From: Botryllus schlosseri
Taxonomy: Eukaryota
DNA length: 64,000 bases
Direction of reading: 5' to 3'
Assembly (NCBI GenBank): GCA_051294905.1
Contig: CM119378.1
Coordinates: 3,660,001 to 3,724,000, forward strand
Of this stretch, positions 1-11,561 are shown piece by piece. The position numbers were made by a program, and so were the translations under genes. Under the pieces are notes generated by a model. The model was not told the origin of the DNA. It did no database searches and saw only the letters and a list, made by a program, of their open reading frames with translations. How positions within the stretch are numbered: position 1 is the stretch's first letter; every line of letters begins with the position of its first letter.

Positions 1-670
1 AAATAAGTCCTGTCATCTCTAAAACGCTCGGTTCAGGAAGATTTCAGAATTGCAGCAAAGATTTCTCGAAAGCACTCCAGTATCCCTAATTGCTGACGAG
101 TTTGCTTATTGGAATGAAAAAAAAAACCACTCAATCAACATCCAGAGAATTTATGATGCGAACCTTATTTTATCGATGTTGTAGCAAAATGGCCTGGATC
201 AACCCATGACTCTTTCATACTTCAAAATTCAAGAATTTGTGATGATTTCGAAAGAGGGAAATTTGGAGATAGTTGACTTTTGGGGGATAGTAGTTTAGTA
301 ACCCGTTGAAGAACTCGGTTATGACTCCTACAGTCGGCGCAAACATGGAGGCAGAGAAATACAATAGGTTACACCGCAAAACACGTTGCCTAGTAAAAAG
401 AACATTTGGTGTGTTAAAAAGTATATGGAAGATTTTAGACCATAGCCTACTGGAGGAAGTATGTGCTACTCTCCTGCGAAATCTGCAAAGATTACGGTGA
501 CATGCTGCTTGCTACACAACATCTGCCGTAGAAATGGAACGCCACTACCTAACTGTTATCCGGATTTAATTTATCCCTGGGATGTTGAAGACCACGAAGT
601 AACTCTAGCCACAACTCCTACTGCATTGAGGAAAAGGAAGAAAATATTGGAACTATGTAAAAAACGTTGA
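1..670 (+). pseudogene. PIF/Harbinger transposase (HARBI1-like DDE) 3' part, degenerate
   Basis: Translated pieces DVVAKWPGSTHDSFIL, GDS*LLGDS, YNRLHRKTRCLVKRTFGVLKSIW, CCLLHNIC match the HARBI1/DDE_Tnp_4 motif order; frameshifts and an in-frame stop. Confidence 0.9.
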
Positions 671-1084
671 TATTTATTGCTATTACATATCAAAATTGTA
701 ATATAAAGCCTGTTGTATTACTTGCTTAGTTGCTAGGTGGTCCATAGACGTCAGAGGGTCCACGCTCCGCGACATAATCTCGTTGTGCCTTTTGAACTCG
801 ACCAAAATCGTATTAGTCGTACCGAGTTCCTCGTGATTTCATTTTATACAATCTTTATTCTCCAGTTCAGTCCTTACAAATTCTCCCCCTTGCTGTTCGC
901 GTCGGCTTAGTTTGACTCCATTGGCTGACGGGCGATCGTCATCTGCTGGAGTGGTTCTATTTTTCTGGACTTTGGACTCGTTAGCGTCAATGGCGTGCTG
1001 GTATTCAAATTAACATATGGAGTCAGTTCGGGCAGTTTTGTGTACCTGGGATACCTTCTGTGAAAAAAGCTACAACGAAGCTTG

Positions 1085-1290
1085 CTATTCTGAAACGCAA
1101 TTCCAAAAAGATAGTAGCTTCATTTTTACCACCCCCAGTCTTGCATAGTTTTTTTTGTATTCCGCCACAAATTTCTTTGCCAGAGACTTGAAATTGAACC
1201 ATTTTTTTACTTTTTCTACCTCCAACTTTGATCCAAATCCAGCGACATTCATAGTTTCGGTAATTTCCTCCCAACTTCCGTCAACCATAG
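1085..1290 (-). pseudogene. Myb/SANT-like DNA-binding ORF of the Harbinger element, fragment
   Basis: WEEITETMNV...VEKVKKWFNFKSLAKK is a Myb/SANT trihelix pattern; convergent with the transposase as is typical of Harbinger. Confidence 0.75.
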
Positions 1291-1429
1291 CTTTTATTAC
1301 GAATTGGAGATGGAATTATGGTTTCTATCTGCCTTTTCGACGAGCAAATCAACCTCTTCCGTACATCCCCGCCTTGGCATATTGCTGACTTCTTGTCAAG
1401 ATTATTACGCTCATCCGACTACCTAAATC

Positions 1430-1850
1430 ACCACAACTGTCCGGGAGTGACAATATGTCAACGTTAACCGTATGAAAGCGTTCCGAAGGGACTGTAAGAT
1501 TATTGATTGTAGTTCGAGTATGCCTATGAATCTTCGATCGTTGACACTGCTGACAATGATGGACGAAATCGTTTACATGACGTTTCGTGCCGGGCTATGC
1601 ATAACGTTCAGCGATGAATTTAGTTGTCGCGCGTATACCGGCCCGCTGGGGTGCGAAATATCATGCACACTGTGCATCACAGTCTCTCGTGCAGGAACGT
1701 AAGGACGTTCTCTACTAGGTAACGACTTGTCGAAGACGATAGGATCGTTCAACTCTTCTAAATGCACTTCCACAAGACGCCAGGAGTGGTCATCGGCGTT
1801 GGCGAGGAGTTCTTTGAGCTCATCGACGTCTTTCTGGGCTTCTATAGACT
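1430..1850 (-). mobile_element. Gypsy/Ty3 pol remnant, integrase zinc finger and start of core
   Basis: RPYVP...HDISHP...HCQQCQRSKIHRHT...ERFHTVNVDI; continues the pol frame found at 3390-5100 on the other side of a hAT insertion. Confidence 0.85.
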
Positions 1851-1924
1851 ATAGTCTAGGGGTCACCAGCCTTTTTGCAACCGAGGGCTACTTTTGCGTA
1901 CTGATTGAAGCGGCGGGCTAGCAT

Positions 1925-1996
1925 TTACTCCCGTCATTTACCCGCCCCGCACTGAATTTCCGCTTTGATATTCATAGCACTGGGCAGGAATCACAT
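1925..1996 (-). other. Diverged 28S rRNA-derived fragment inside the hAT element
   Basis: Reverse complement resembles the conserved LSU segment ATGTGATTTCTGCCCAGTGCTCTGAATGTCAAAG...GGGTAAACGGCGGGAGTAA (from memory of the rRNA sequence). Confidence 0.75.
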
Positions 1997-2841
1997 GGTG
2001 GTAAGAGTTCTAATAGAGTCTTTTAAATCAATACATCTCATTTCAATTAGCTAGCCACTAGTATTTTTTACGAAATCATGAATTAACCAACTTCGCACAA
2101 TGTTTGTATAAATTATACAACTCAAATTTCAAAACATATCATGTTCCACTTTAGACTGGACATCATGTTATCTGTTTCTATAGCAATCAGTGGGAGCCTG
2201 GCATTGTATGATATCAGCTAGTGCGCTGTACTCTGGTATGTAACTTGACACTGCCACTCTGAGTGAGCGTTCCAGATATGCATTAGTCAATCGTGTTCTG
2301 TGTTTGTTTTTGATGAATTTCATGTCCGAAAAGGCTGATTCACAACGATAATTTGAACCATACACTCTTGCAACCTTGACAGCAGCTGAGCATTGCGCAT
2401 ACACCCCTGTACTTTTCCGTATCAACAAGGCACCGAACGTTTGCTGCAGTCTGGTAGGCTTTGAGGTGGAGGTCATTTCGCAGTGTTACAATTTCAATCT
2501 CCGACTGTTCAGCATCCAGAAATGACAAGATTCCATTATACCGTACAGCAGCAACGATTACAGAAAGTCAGAAACATGGTATTAAATTGTTTTGAGTGTA
2601 ATAGAAGCAAGCTGTGTCAAAAGATGCAATACGTAATGGGCATACAGATATTGAAAATCTGCTAGTACTTCACAGCTATTTGACTCCAAATAGTAATATT
2701 GTTTACTACCTTGGCATTGTCCTGGATGTTGAGCTATCATAACGGACCCCCCATCATTTCACGAAGACCATGGCATTCCGTCATGTGACCTGTATAGGCA
2801 GTGCGCCGTATCCTCAATTTCTGATTATCACATATAACTAT

Positions 2842-3130
2842 TAAATAGTATATTCATATTGAAATGAACCCGAATATTTTCGGCTGACACTCGTCAGGGG
2901 TAATCGTCAGCAACTAGTAGAGAATTGGAAAGAACATTGTATATCAACAAATTTCATGCTGGTGACGTCATATTTTGTGATACGATTGTTGATATACAAT
3001 GTTCTTTCCAATTCTCTACTAGTTGCTGACGATTACCCCTGACGAGTGTCAGCCGAAAATATTCGGGTTCATTTCAATATGAATATACTATTTAATTGTA
3101 TATTGAAGTTCTGTACCTCCAAGAAGCTCT
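2842..3130 (+). mobile_element. Non-coding Penelope-like element (inverted partial pLTR + pLTR + tail), family B
   Basis: ~110-bp inverted repeat 2841-2950 / 2986-3095, hammerhead motif, tail gtacctccaagaagctct, TSD catataactat at 2831-2841 and 3134-3144. Confidence 0.85.
3025..3068 (+). ncRNA. Minimal type I hammerhead ribozyme motif (PLE pLTR)
   Basis: ACCC-CTGACGA-G(TGTCAGC)C-GAAA-ATAT-TC-GGGT; stem I ACCC/GGGT, palindromic stem III; mirror copy on minus strand at 2868-2911. Confidence 0.8.
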
Positions 3131-3389
3131 TCCCATATAACTATATATTACCATTGTAATTGAAGATCTTTTTTAAGTGTTTATATACATATGTATTGTC
3201 ACCTGTAAGTTACATGTTAGTGTGTTTTACACAAGAATTGCGGAATCAATCAATCTGTATATTTAAAAGCTCGCTGGTAATAATCTGACGAATATTGGTG
3301 AATGCTATTTTTAGAACGTGCTCGCGGGCTACTCATCTGGTCCTCGCGGGCTACCTGGGGCCCGCGGGCACCGGGTTGGTGACCCCTGG

Positions 3390-5100
3390 ACTATACTATA
3401 GCAATGCTTTCGCTGTGACGGGAACGGTGTTCGGAAAAATCGCGTTCACCTTAAGTCTGGAGAGAGTATCCGCAGACGTGTTCAGAGTGCTTTTGATGTG
3501 TCTGAGGTCGTCGGTATATTTCGTGATGAATTCTAACTGTCTTGCTTGGCGATCAAGAAGACAGTCGGTTGGATTCCTTAACGATTTCACAAGGCCGTCA
3601 TTATCGGTAATCAGTTGAAATTTCCTACCCTTTAGTTGGACATGAAATGTCTGGTTGCTGAATAAGCCGCTACAAGCTCGCGATTAAATGTCGAGTAGGC
3701 TACTTGCCGCTGTGTCGTATTCAAGGTTTTCGAGAAGAATGCTAAGGGTAACCACGAATCATCACGTTTCTGCTGCACAACAGCTCCAATTCCGACTTGA
3801 CTAGCGTCTACCACAAGTGACAGTTCAGCATCGTGAATCGGGTGGGCTAATATGACATGATCGTACAGTTCGGTCTTGATACGTTCGAACGCCGAGTTAG
3901 CACTATATCTGTCCAATTGACACGATCGCGCTTATTCGATGCTGCATTGACCCCGTCATACAGTGGTTTCAAAATCTCGGCACAGTTTTTATCAAATCGG
4001 TGGTAATAGCAAACTAGTCCAAGGAATGAACATAGTTGTCTCACATTTTCGGGGCGCGAATAGTTCGAGATTACTTCAATCTTTGATGACAAGGGACTAA
4101 TTCCCCTTGCATTAGCAAGATGGCCTAACAATTGGATTTTGACCTTACCGAAACTGCACTTATCGACATTCATGACCAGTCCGAACTTACGAAACCTTGA
4201 AAACAATTCCGTCAATGGTGCCATGTGCTCATCCTCAGTCCGAGTCGCAATTAACATGTCGTCTAAAAACACAAAAAATATTGGCCAGTCCTTCGGTTAC
4301 TTCGGATATAAAACGGCTAAAAGTGCTACAAGCGTTGGTCAAGCCAAACATCATCGTCGTTGGTTGAAATAGTCCTTCGGGACAAATATGATCATCCGGG
4401 TGAACAGGAATTTGATGATACGCATTCGCTAAGTCAACCTTGCTAAAAACATTACAGGTCGACAGTTCAGTGGTAAAATCACGCAGAAATGGGACAGACC
4501 AACGATCCTTGACCGTTTTGATTGTGCAATTTTTTCTAGTCGACACAGATTCTAATATCGTCCAACCCCTTCGGTACGACAGTGATGGGAGAGGCGAAAG
4601 GCGATTTTGAGCGATTTATTACACCGGATTTCAACATCTCATGAAACCGATTCTTCACCGTTTGTCTCAAATGGGGCGGCAATGGGCGACAGCGAGAACG
4701 AGTGGGACATCCGGTAGTAATATTGCGATGTACAGTACCGTGATTAGCTCGTACTGCTGCATTACGCGGAACGGTAATGTCGTTGAAGCTCGACAAGAGA
4801 TCTACGTACGGCTCATTGTGATCCTCAAATTAACGACGAGGGAAAATCGCTTAATGAAATCAGCCCCCCACATGGCAATGTGTGTCTATCGGAGAACTCG
4901 ATCCGTAGATATTTCGTTCCAAACGTCGCAATTTTCGTTCCATTAGTAGCGTACAGGTTAGGTCCTGGTTTACTTTCGAAGACGTTACCATAAGTCGGTC
5001 GTACAGATACGGATGCTCCTGTATCGACCTGGAAAATCTGCCCCGAAATCGAATCTCGCACATGCAACATAGGGCTTTGACATGCGAAGCTCACTGTTGA
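3390..5100 (-). mobile_element. Gypsy/Ty3 LTR retrotransposon pol remnant (protease, RT, RNase H)
   Basis: VDTGASVS (protease), SPFASPITVVPK..IRICVD, FSKVDLANAYHQIPV, FLDDMLI (RT), VDASQVGIGAV..YSTFNRELVA (RNase H); multiple frameshifts. Confidence 0.95.
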
Positions 5101-6875
5101 AAATTGTTGCGATCCCTCACGATGCCTCCTAAAAAAAGGGCGATTCCAAGAGTAGGAACAGGGAGGACGGCAGTTTCGACCACGATCACCGAATTTATCA
5201 TGATAAAATTAAAAGCGCAATTGGTTTGTACCACGCCGATGAGGAAATCGAGTTACCAAGGTCTTAGGCGCCCATATATTGATCATTCCAACTTCTGATG
5301 GGAAATGTTGTAGCCAAGTCACAAGGTGCCGAGTCACAGCAGGTCGACTTGACTTTTATAGTTTTGACTCGTGTCAAGTCGAGTCATTTTCAATTCACCA
5401 CCGAGACAAGTCAGAGTTCAAGTCAGAGGGCAATAGGTCGAATCCGAGTCATAGTGTTTACTGTTCAGTATCGAGTTCAATTCCGTTTCAAATCACTTCT
5501 GTGAAACTCGTGGATGATATCGAAGGCCTCGCGGATTCATAATATAGGATACTCATTTCTCTCACGCTAAACATGTTTATTCAAACAGATAAAATAGGCT
5601 TATGGGCCTATTTTTCCATTTATCGGTCCTGATTTACGAGACGGGAATAAGTCATATAGAATGTGTCGAGTCAAATCACTTGATCGAGTCACTGAGCAAT
5701 GCGCGGTGCGCAAAATATGTATAAGCCTTCCTAGGGATTCTCCCCGAAATATGTCTATCGGCTAATCATCATTCATACCATTCCTGTGACCGATATTACA
5801 GCAATCATAGTATGGTAGGCTAACAGTCCTAGCCTTTTTTCGGCTGCACATCAACCGCTTTGGTGCCGCAGCAGATCAACAAATTGGTGAAAGGAATTTT
5901 CCGTCTAGGATGACATGTACTTTTAAGTTTTAATGTCGGCAATGCACCCGTTCGACGAATACGATAAATATATACTTATGGACCGAGAAAATGGATTTGC
6001 GATTGCACTGACCGTGGTTACAAAAACGCACCGCTTGCATCATTTATTCTTAACAGTTGATGCAGCCCCGGATTTTTCACTCTGCACTACGCACAACTTT
6101 TCGGATCGTTGTGACAACATCATACTATTTTTGTCAGCGATCTTACATGGAATATTGCAATTAACAGAGCACTGGGTTTCAAATGACGGCGAGGTATGTA
6201 TCTTAGGCTGCATTTTGTACAATGCCCTTTTCCTCGATACTGGAGTTCACAGAATATTTCGATCAACGGGGTCTTATAATATTGAGACGCAGTGGCGGCT
6301 CGTGACAATATCGGGTGGTGGGGCAAGGGCCGCAAGCGACTTGTTATCAATATGACGTCACAGTAGCGTTTTTCAACGTTCATGATGGCCACATGAATTT
6401 CCCGTAAACAATGATTTTTAACGTAGGTGCCGCGAGAGGTTTGCCGGTGGCGTGACTTGAAGTGCGGTAACAAATGTTTTATTCATTGTTTTTTATTCAA
6501 ATGATTATTTTACAAAATGTACGCGAACTAACAATCGTTCCCATGCCACGAATCAATCATCAGGTTATCCTTAGTAGCATGCGTTATGATTTCGTGGTAG
6601 AGATTACGCAAGCGCCGAGTAAGACTATACCAAAAATACACAGACCAACTACCTACAAAGAGCATTCGCATGACACCTTGTGGTGTTTTAATCGTTCCAT
6701 GCTCAGCAATCCTGTAAAGTGCTGCACCGCCTCCGACCCGATTTGTGTATGGATTCTCGTCCCGAAAGCGAGTCAAATCGATTTGCCCTCGTCCGAAAGT
6801 GTTTGGTACACGATCCTGATGCGTTACGACCAGGGGATAGGCAATCAAAGCGGTGGCACCCATAAACGTAAAACA

Positions 6876-7943
6876 TTATAAAAAGCCAGATGTTATCCAT
6901 GGAAGATTGAGCTGATGCGCGTAGCAATGCAAAAAATGTGCATGCGGGTAAACTTCTTTCATTAAAACTTGTACGCTATGTCGCGATCCGCTCATGACTG
7001 CTGCGCCGTCGTAGGTTTGCGCAATAAGTTTCGACTCAACTGAATAGGGCTGTAATGTTTTTTTTAATACGTAAGAAATTCCGACAGCAGTGCGATCGTC
7101 AACAGCCACAAAGCTGTGGAATCGTTCGACTGGCATACCAAATTTCGTGAACCGAAAAATCACGACTAGTTGTGACAAACACGTAATGTCAGTTGTTTCG
7201 TCAGACTGAATAGATAGAAATTCAGCGTCAACAATCTCGGTAAACAAATGCTGTAGATAGATGTGATATATCGAATCAAGCACATCATTTTGAATAGTCT
7301 TTGAGGTACCCTTAGCTACTGTCGCGGTGTCGAGATGTTCGCGCAAAATGCTATCAATGGAAGCCGTGTATTTAATTAGATCCAAAAATACCCCCCTATT
7401 GAGAGAGCATTCCTTCTCATCGTGGCCTCGAAGGGGCAATTCATGAACTCCAATAAATTTAATGGCATCAATCACCCGAGAGAGAACATGCCTATTCTTA
7501 TCTACAAGCTCATTGTGCTTGCAGACTGATACGCGATAACTTTCATTGAGCTGCGACATTACATTTACTCTGCCAAACAATTTATATTTAACTGCACTAG
7601 CCATGTGCACTTGGGATTTTTGGTGCGTTTTCAGACGCTCTGACAAATGCTTCAGATCGCGATAATCAATTTTGTTCCAACAAGAGCCACTGCTTCCGGT
7701 ACCGGCACTGTCGAATAAAAGACAGTAAAAGCAAAACAAGGCGTTTTTATCCTCGCCATAAGTAAGCCATTCATTTTTATCGAAATGCGCTGAAGAAAAG
7801 GCACGAGTGCGCTTTCCTCCGGCGTACGATTGGATCAATGGGCAATTTCTAGGCTGATACGGACCTAGTCGCTTTACCTCTAATTTTTGCTCTAAAGGCA
7901 GCTGGCTAAACGGCGTACGGAGCAAAGATTCAACACGATTCAT
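6876..7943 (-). CDS. 3'-truncated hAT transposase (TTF-type zinc finger + DUF4371, ZMYM1-like)
   Basis: WLTY..LFCFYCLLF, LPLRGHDE..NRGVF, SKTIQND, SDETTD, YDGAAVMSG, HCYAHQLNL; ORF ends right after CxxH with no C-terminal half. Confidence 0.85.
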   Translation of the reverse strand: MNRVESLLRTPFSQLPLEQKLEVKRLGPYQPRNCPLIQSYAGGKRTRAFSSAHFDKNEWLTYGEDKNALFCFYCLLFDSAGTGSSGSCWNKIDYRDLKHLSERLKTHQKSQVHMASAVKYKLFGRVNVMSQLNESYRVSVCKHNELVDKNRHVLSRVIDAIKFIGVHELPLRGHDEKECSLNRGVFLDLIKYTASIDSILREHLDTATVAKGTSKTIQNDVLDSIYHIYLQHLFTEIVDAEFLSIQSDETTDITCLSQLVVIFRFTKFGMPVERFHSFVAVDDRTAVGISYVLKKTLQPYSVESKLIAQTYDGAAVMSGSRHSVQVLMKEVYPHAHFLHCYAHQLNLPWITSGFL

Positions 7944-7984
7944 GTTCGCACTTGACCTGACTACTTATCTGCAGAAATGGAAAT

Positions 7985-9217
7985 CAGTGTTGCCACTCTA
8001 GGTTCCCGGAAAAACACAAGATTATGTCGTGAAAAAACACTAGATTGGCGAAAAAAACACTGGATTAGTAAAATGCAGGAAAAATTTGCCCTTGTCAAGT
8101 AATCATGATGACCAAGGTACAAATCCACAGATAAGAAGTGTTCCACTCATGAATTCGATACATATACATGATATGCTGCATGATTATTCAACGAAAATTA
8201 ATGAAACGAATTCAACAGCGCAAAAAAAAATCAAATTTGTCGCTTTCGAATTGTGCGGCATCATAAAAATTATCTTTTGATTGTACACCATCCAACAAAC
8301 ATAAGTATCTTTTGTGGGGTCTGGGGCTTCTTGTTCACTACCGCACATCTTCAACCAAACAATGGGGAGGTTTCCATATGCATCATACTTCAATTCCACG
8401 AATGCAGTGGACTGTGGCAATGCCAAGAGATTCGTCATGAGCTTCCCCAGTAAATGGAATTTTGATTCACCGAATCCATTGTGCACAGATTTCAATTTTT
8501 GCAAAACTTCTGTTGGAGGGCATTGACTGATAAACTGCAGCTCATTTTGCGATCTTGCTAAAGTTCAAGTTCATCAAATAATATCACAGAGGGAAATTGC
8601 ACAGCTAGAGGAAAAATTGATTTTACTATTCTTCTTCTTACTATTCTTCGGCCTGCTTACATTTTTCAATATTTATTGATGACGCGAGACTCGAATTGAA
8701 CAATGCTTAATTAGCACTCCATCAATGCAGCTGGCGGGATGATCCGCGGGAATCCCGAAGGATCGTATGGTATCGCTGCAGCATGAATTATATTTTTATT
8801 GCAATTTTATTCAATAAAACTGTCTGTCTGTCTGTCTCGGTAAATGAAAATCTTGCCCGAATCTGCAGACTGAGTTCAATAAGAAACGACAGAGCATCAG
8901 AGCGAAATCGCTCTTCATTTTTTCAGAGACTTTCGCTCATAAGTACGGATTCACAGCGCACCCTGTTACCTAATAATTGCGTGTTACTGCACCACCACAT
9001 AGAATTGTTGAAAACAAGCACAGTCAGAGACACCAAATCGCCTCATTAGCGATAAATTTAGCGTGTAATTAGGTCGTCTAACGTTAGAATATTCGTTATT
9101 CCGCATGATTGCAGAAAACACTAGATTAGCAAAATTTTGCGAAAAAAAACACTAGAACACTAGGACGACCGAAAAAACACTAGATCTAGTGTTAAAACAC
9201 TAGGAGTGGCACCACTG
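7985..9217. mobile_element. Non-autonomous hAT nested in the 6290-10718 element
   Basis: TIRs CAGTGTTGCCACTC / GAGTGGCACCACTG, perfect TSD ATGGAAAT, subterminal AAAACACTAG repeats, residual LLALPQSTAFVE motif (~8390-8460, minus). Confidence 0.9.
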
Positions 9218-11561
9218 ATGGAAATGACTATAAATCGAGAGATTGCGTATGCCTAACTGGAAAGGTCAACGAGTTCGGACACATACGCAATTGTTATCTC
9301 ATAGATTGGACAAGGAAATGTCATATTGAATCCAAAACATCATTCTGAAGAACTACGGATAGCAGCCTCGGAAATTCGGTCCCGGTACAGCTTGGGAGAT
9401 TCTGGCCTTGAGGCTGGAGACTGTCACACGACACATACGGCTTACGGTCTATAGTGTCTGCTGCAAAATCGCCTTCGGAAAATATATTACCGAATAAATA
9501 CGTGGATGAAAGCCGAAAACTTGGTACACTGTTACATGAAATCATCGAGAAGTATAGCCTCATGACCGTTTTCGGTATGGTACACTGTCAAAATTAATAC
9601 GAACAGATCAACGCCGAATTTTGCGTAATATTTACTGAGGAATCGGCTGATCAAGCGATCAGCTGTTAGCCGCCATCGAAAACGAAACAGCTATCGCGCT
9701 TGACAGGGGTTGTAATTGTGAGCAAATGGCCCGAAGGCCACCATTCCACGGTGAAATTGACATTGGAGAATATAAAATAAAACTAAATATTTGAATGCAA
9801 ACCGAGGATGTTAGTAAACTGTTTCATGATATCATCATCTCATCACCTATCTCAGTATAGAACACAGATACACCGGCTTTTGCGTGAAATCCGCAATGCG
9901 TTAGGTAGGCTAAGTGTCAGATCAGCGCACATCTCTACCATACTCGAACTTAATAACGAAATTGCTGCCCAAATCATTGAGTGTCAACCTTGAGACTTGG
10001 CACAGCGTTCGATACTAAAATCAAGACATACCATGTAAAAGTTCATGACGGATCTAGCTAAGGAGCATCGTTAAAATCAATGGAGACCAATACCGGCTTT
10101 GTGTGAAATATGTTTGCGATACATGACCGATCAGCACACACTCGACTTTGGAAACGGAATTACTACCCTAAACTTTGAGTAGAAACCCTGAAACTTAGGA
10201 CAGTGTTAAATACCACCATCACGACATGACATACCAAGTTTCAAGAATTATCATGGTGTGAAACACCATCAAAATCGACCTGTACCAGCAACGGTCGACT
10301 CAACGCATATCACGGTATCCGAGTTCAGATATATAGATACGATTGTTACATCACACCTTAGGGGCGAGCAAGCATATTTGCCCCGGTTGCTCGGCCATTT
10401 TACGAATAGGAGAGAGTAAAGCAACGTTTCTTAATTGTGCGCAGCTTTGAGAGAATAGATAGTGAAAGCTTGTTATGAGCGCTACCGGGGCAAGCCCCGG
10501 CTAGGCATTCACAAAGCGAAAACACAGAAGAGAATTCGATTATCGCGGAGACTTCGCTATGTATGGGCATTTGCAAGCGAAAGCACAAGAAGAACGCGGG
10601 TTTCGCTGTGATCTCGATATACATTGAGCGCTGTGCGTCTATAAATGGTTAAATTGTTATTGAACAGAATTTTAGGTGGGGCAATGCCCCAGTTGCCCTA
10701 TAGGACGAGCCGCCACTGTTGAGACGCATACTATTGAATCGGTCTTGGATGACCATGACCATTGAAGACAGACCACAAATCACACTTTCACCAATGAACG
10801 TGCACCGACATATTTCTAATGCCCAATTCAATCTCAATATGTAGTTCTACTTACCATTCCTATTCTTATTACTGCATTACAGCGATCATAGCAACAGTCC
10901 ATGCCTTATTTGATTTCATATCCTCAGCTTAGCTGCAGATCAACAACTCTGGTGAAAGCACTTTTGCATCTATGATAACATGTCCTTTGAATGTCGTCAA
11001 TGCATCTGTTCGATGAATACATGCAATATTTACTGATGTAGGCTACCAATACAATGGATTTGGAATTGCACAGACCCGCAATTCTAAAAACATGAGTGCA
11101 CCGCTTGAATGATGGCGCTGTTGCGGGCTGAATGGGCGAAAGTTACAACCAGTGTCTTATACGCTTATAGCACATTCACCGCAGATGTCAATCTGCCACC
11201 CGAGTCATGGAAATTACAGCATTTGCTTTTCATTCGGATACATCAGTGCTTCCCAACTACGGGGTTGCGAACATCGAAATCGAATTATTGCTTATTTCAT
11301 TCAACTATAGCTAAACTCAAGCCCCCTTTCTCTAACTATTAATTGAATATTCTGTGACAATAAAAGGAGTTCTAATAATATATTCATAATAAAATATATT
11401 AAAACCCGAAGCTTTTCGAGCTGACACTTTTCAAGGGCAATCGTCAGCATATGGAGGATTTCAAAAACATGCATCTAGCTACATTGCAAACAACCAATTA
11501 TGACGTCATAGAAACAAACAACATGAAATACAGGCAAACCGCGAGCGCAGCTAGTGGCCAA

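Larger units (their letters stand above)
1857..3388 (-). mobile_element. Internally deleted hAT (Charlie/GTF2IRD2-like) element
   Basis: TIRs TAGGGGTCACCAGCC / GGTTGGTGACCCCTG; 2168-2530 encodes the hAT C-terminal dimerisation motif GSNYRCESAFSDMKFIKNKHRTRLTN. Confidence 0.85.
6290..10718 (-). mobile_element. hAT element with ZMYM1-like transposase, both ends intact
   Basis: TIR CAGTGGCGGCTCGT at both ends; perfect 8-bp TSD TTGAGACG (6282-6289, 10719-10726). Confidence 0.93.

Noticed and set aside
1925..1996. Functional rRNA gene
   Set aside because: Only ~70 nt, diverged, inside a transposon
10850..11107. Ly6/three-finger-like CCYDRCN motif on minus strand
   Set aside because: Frame has stops and the motif is not kept in the paralogous segment at 5770-6035
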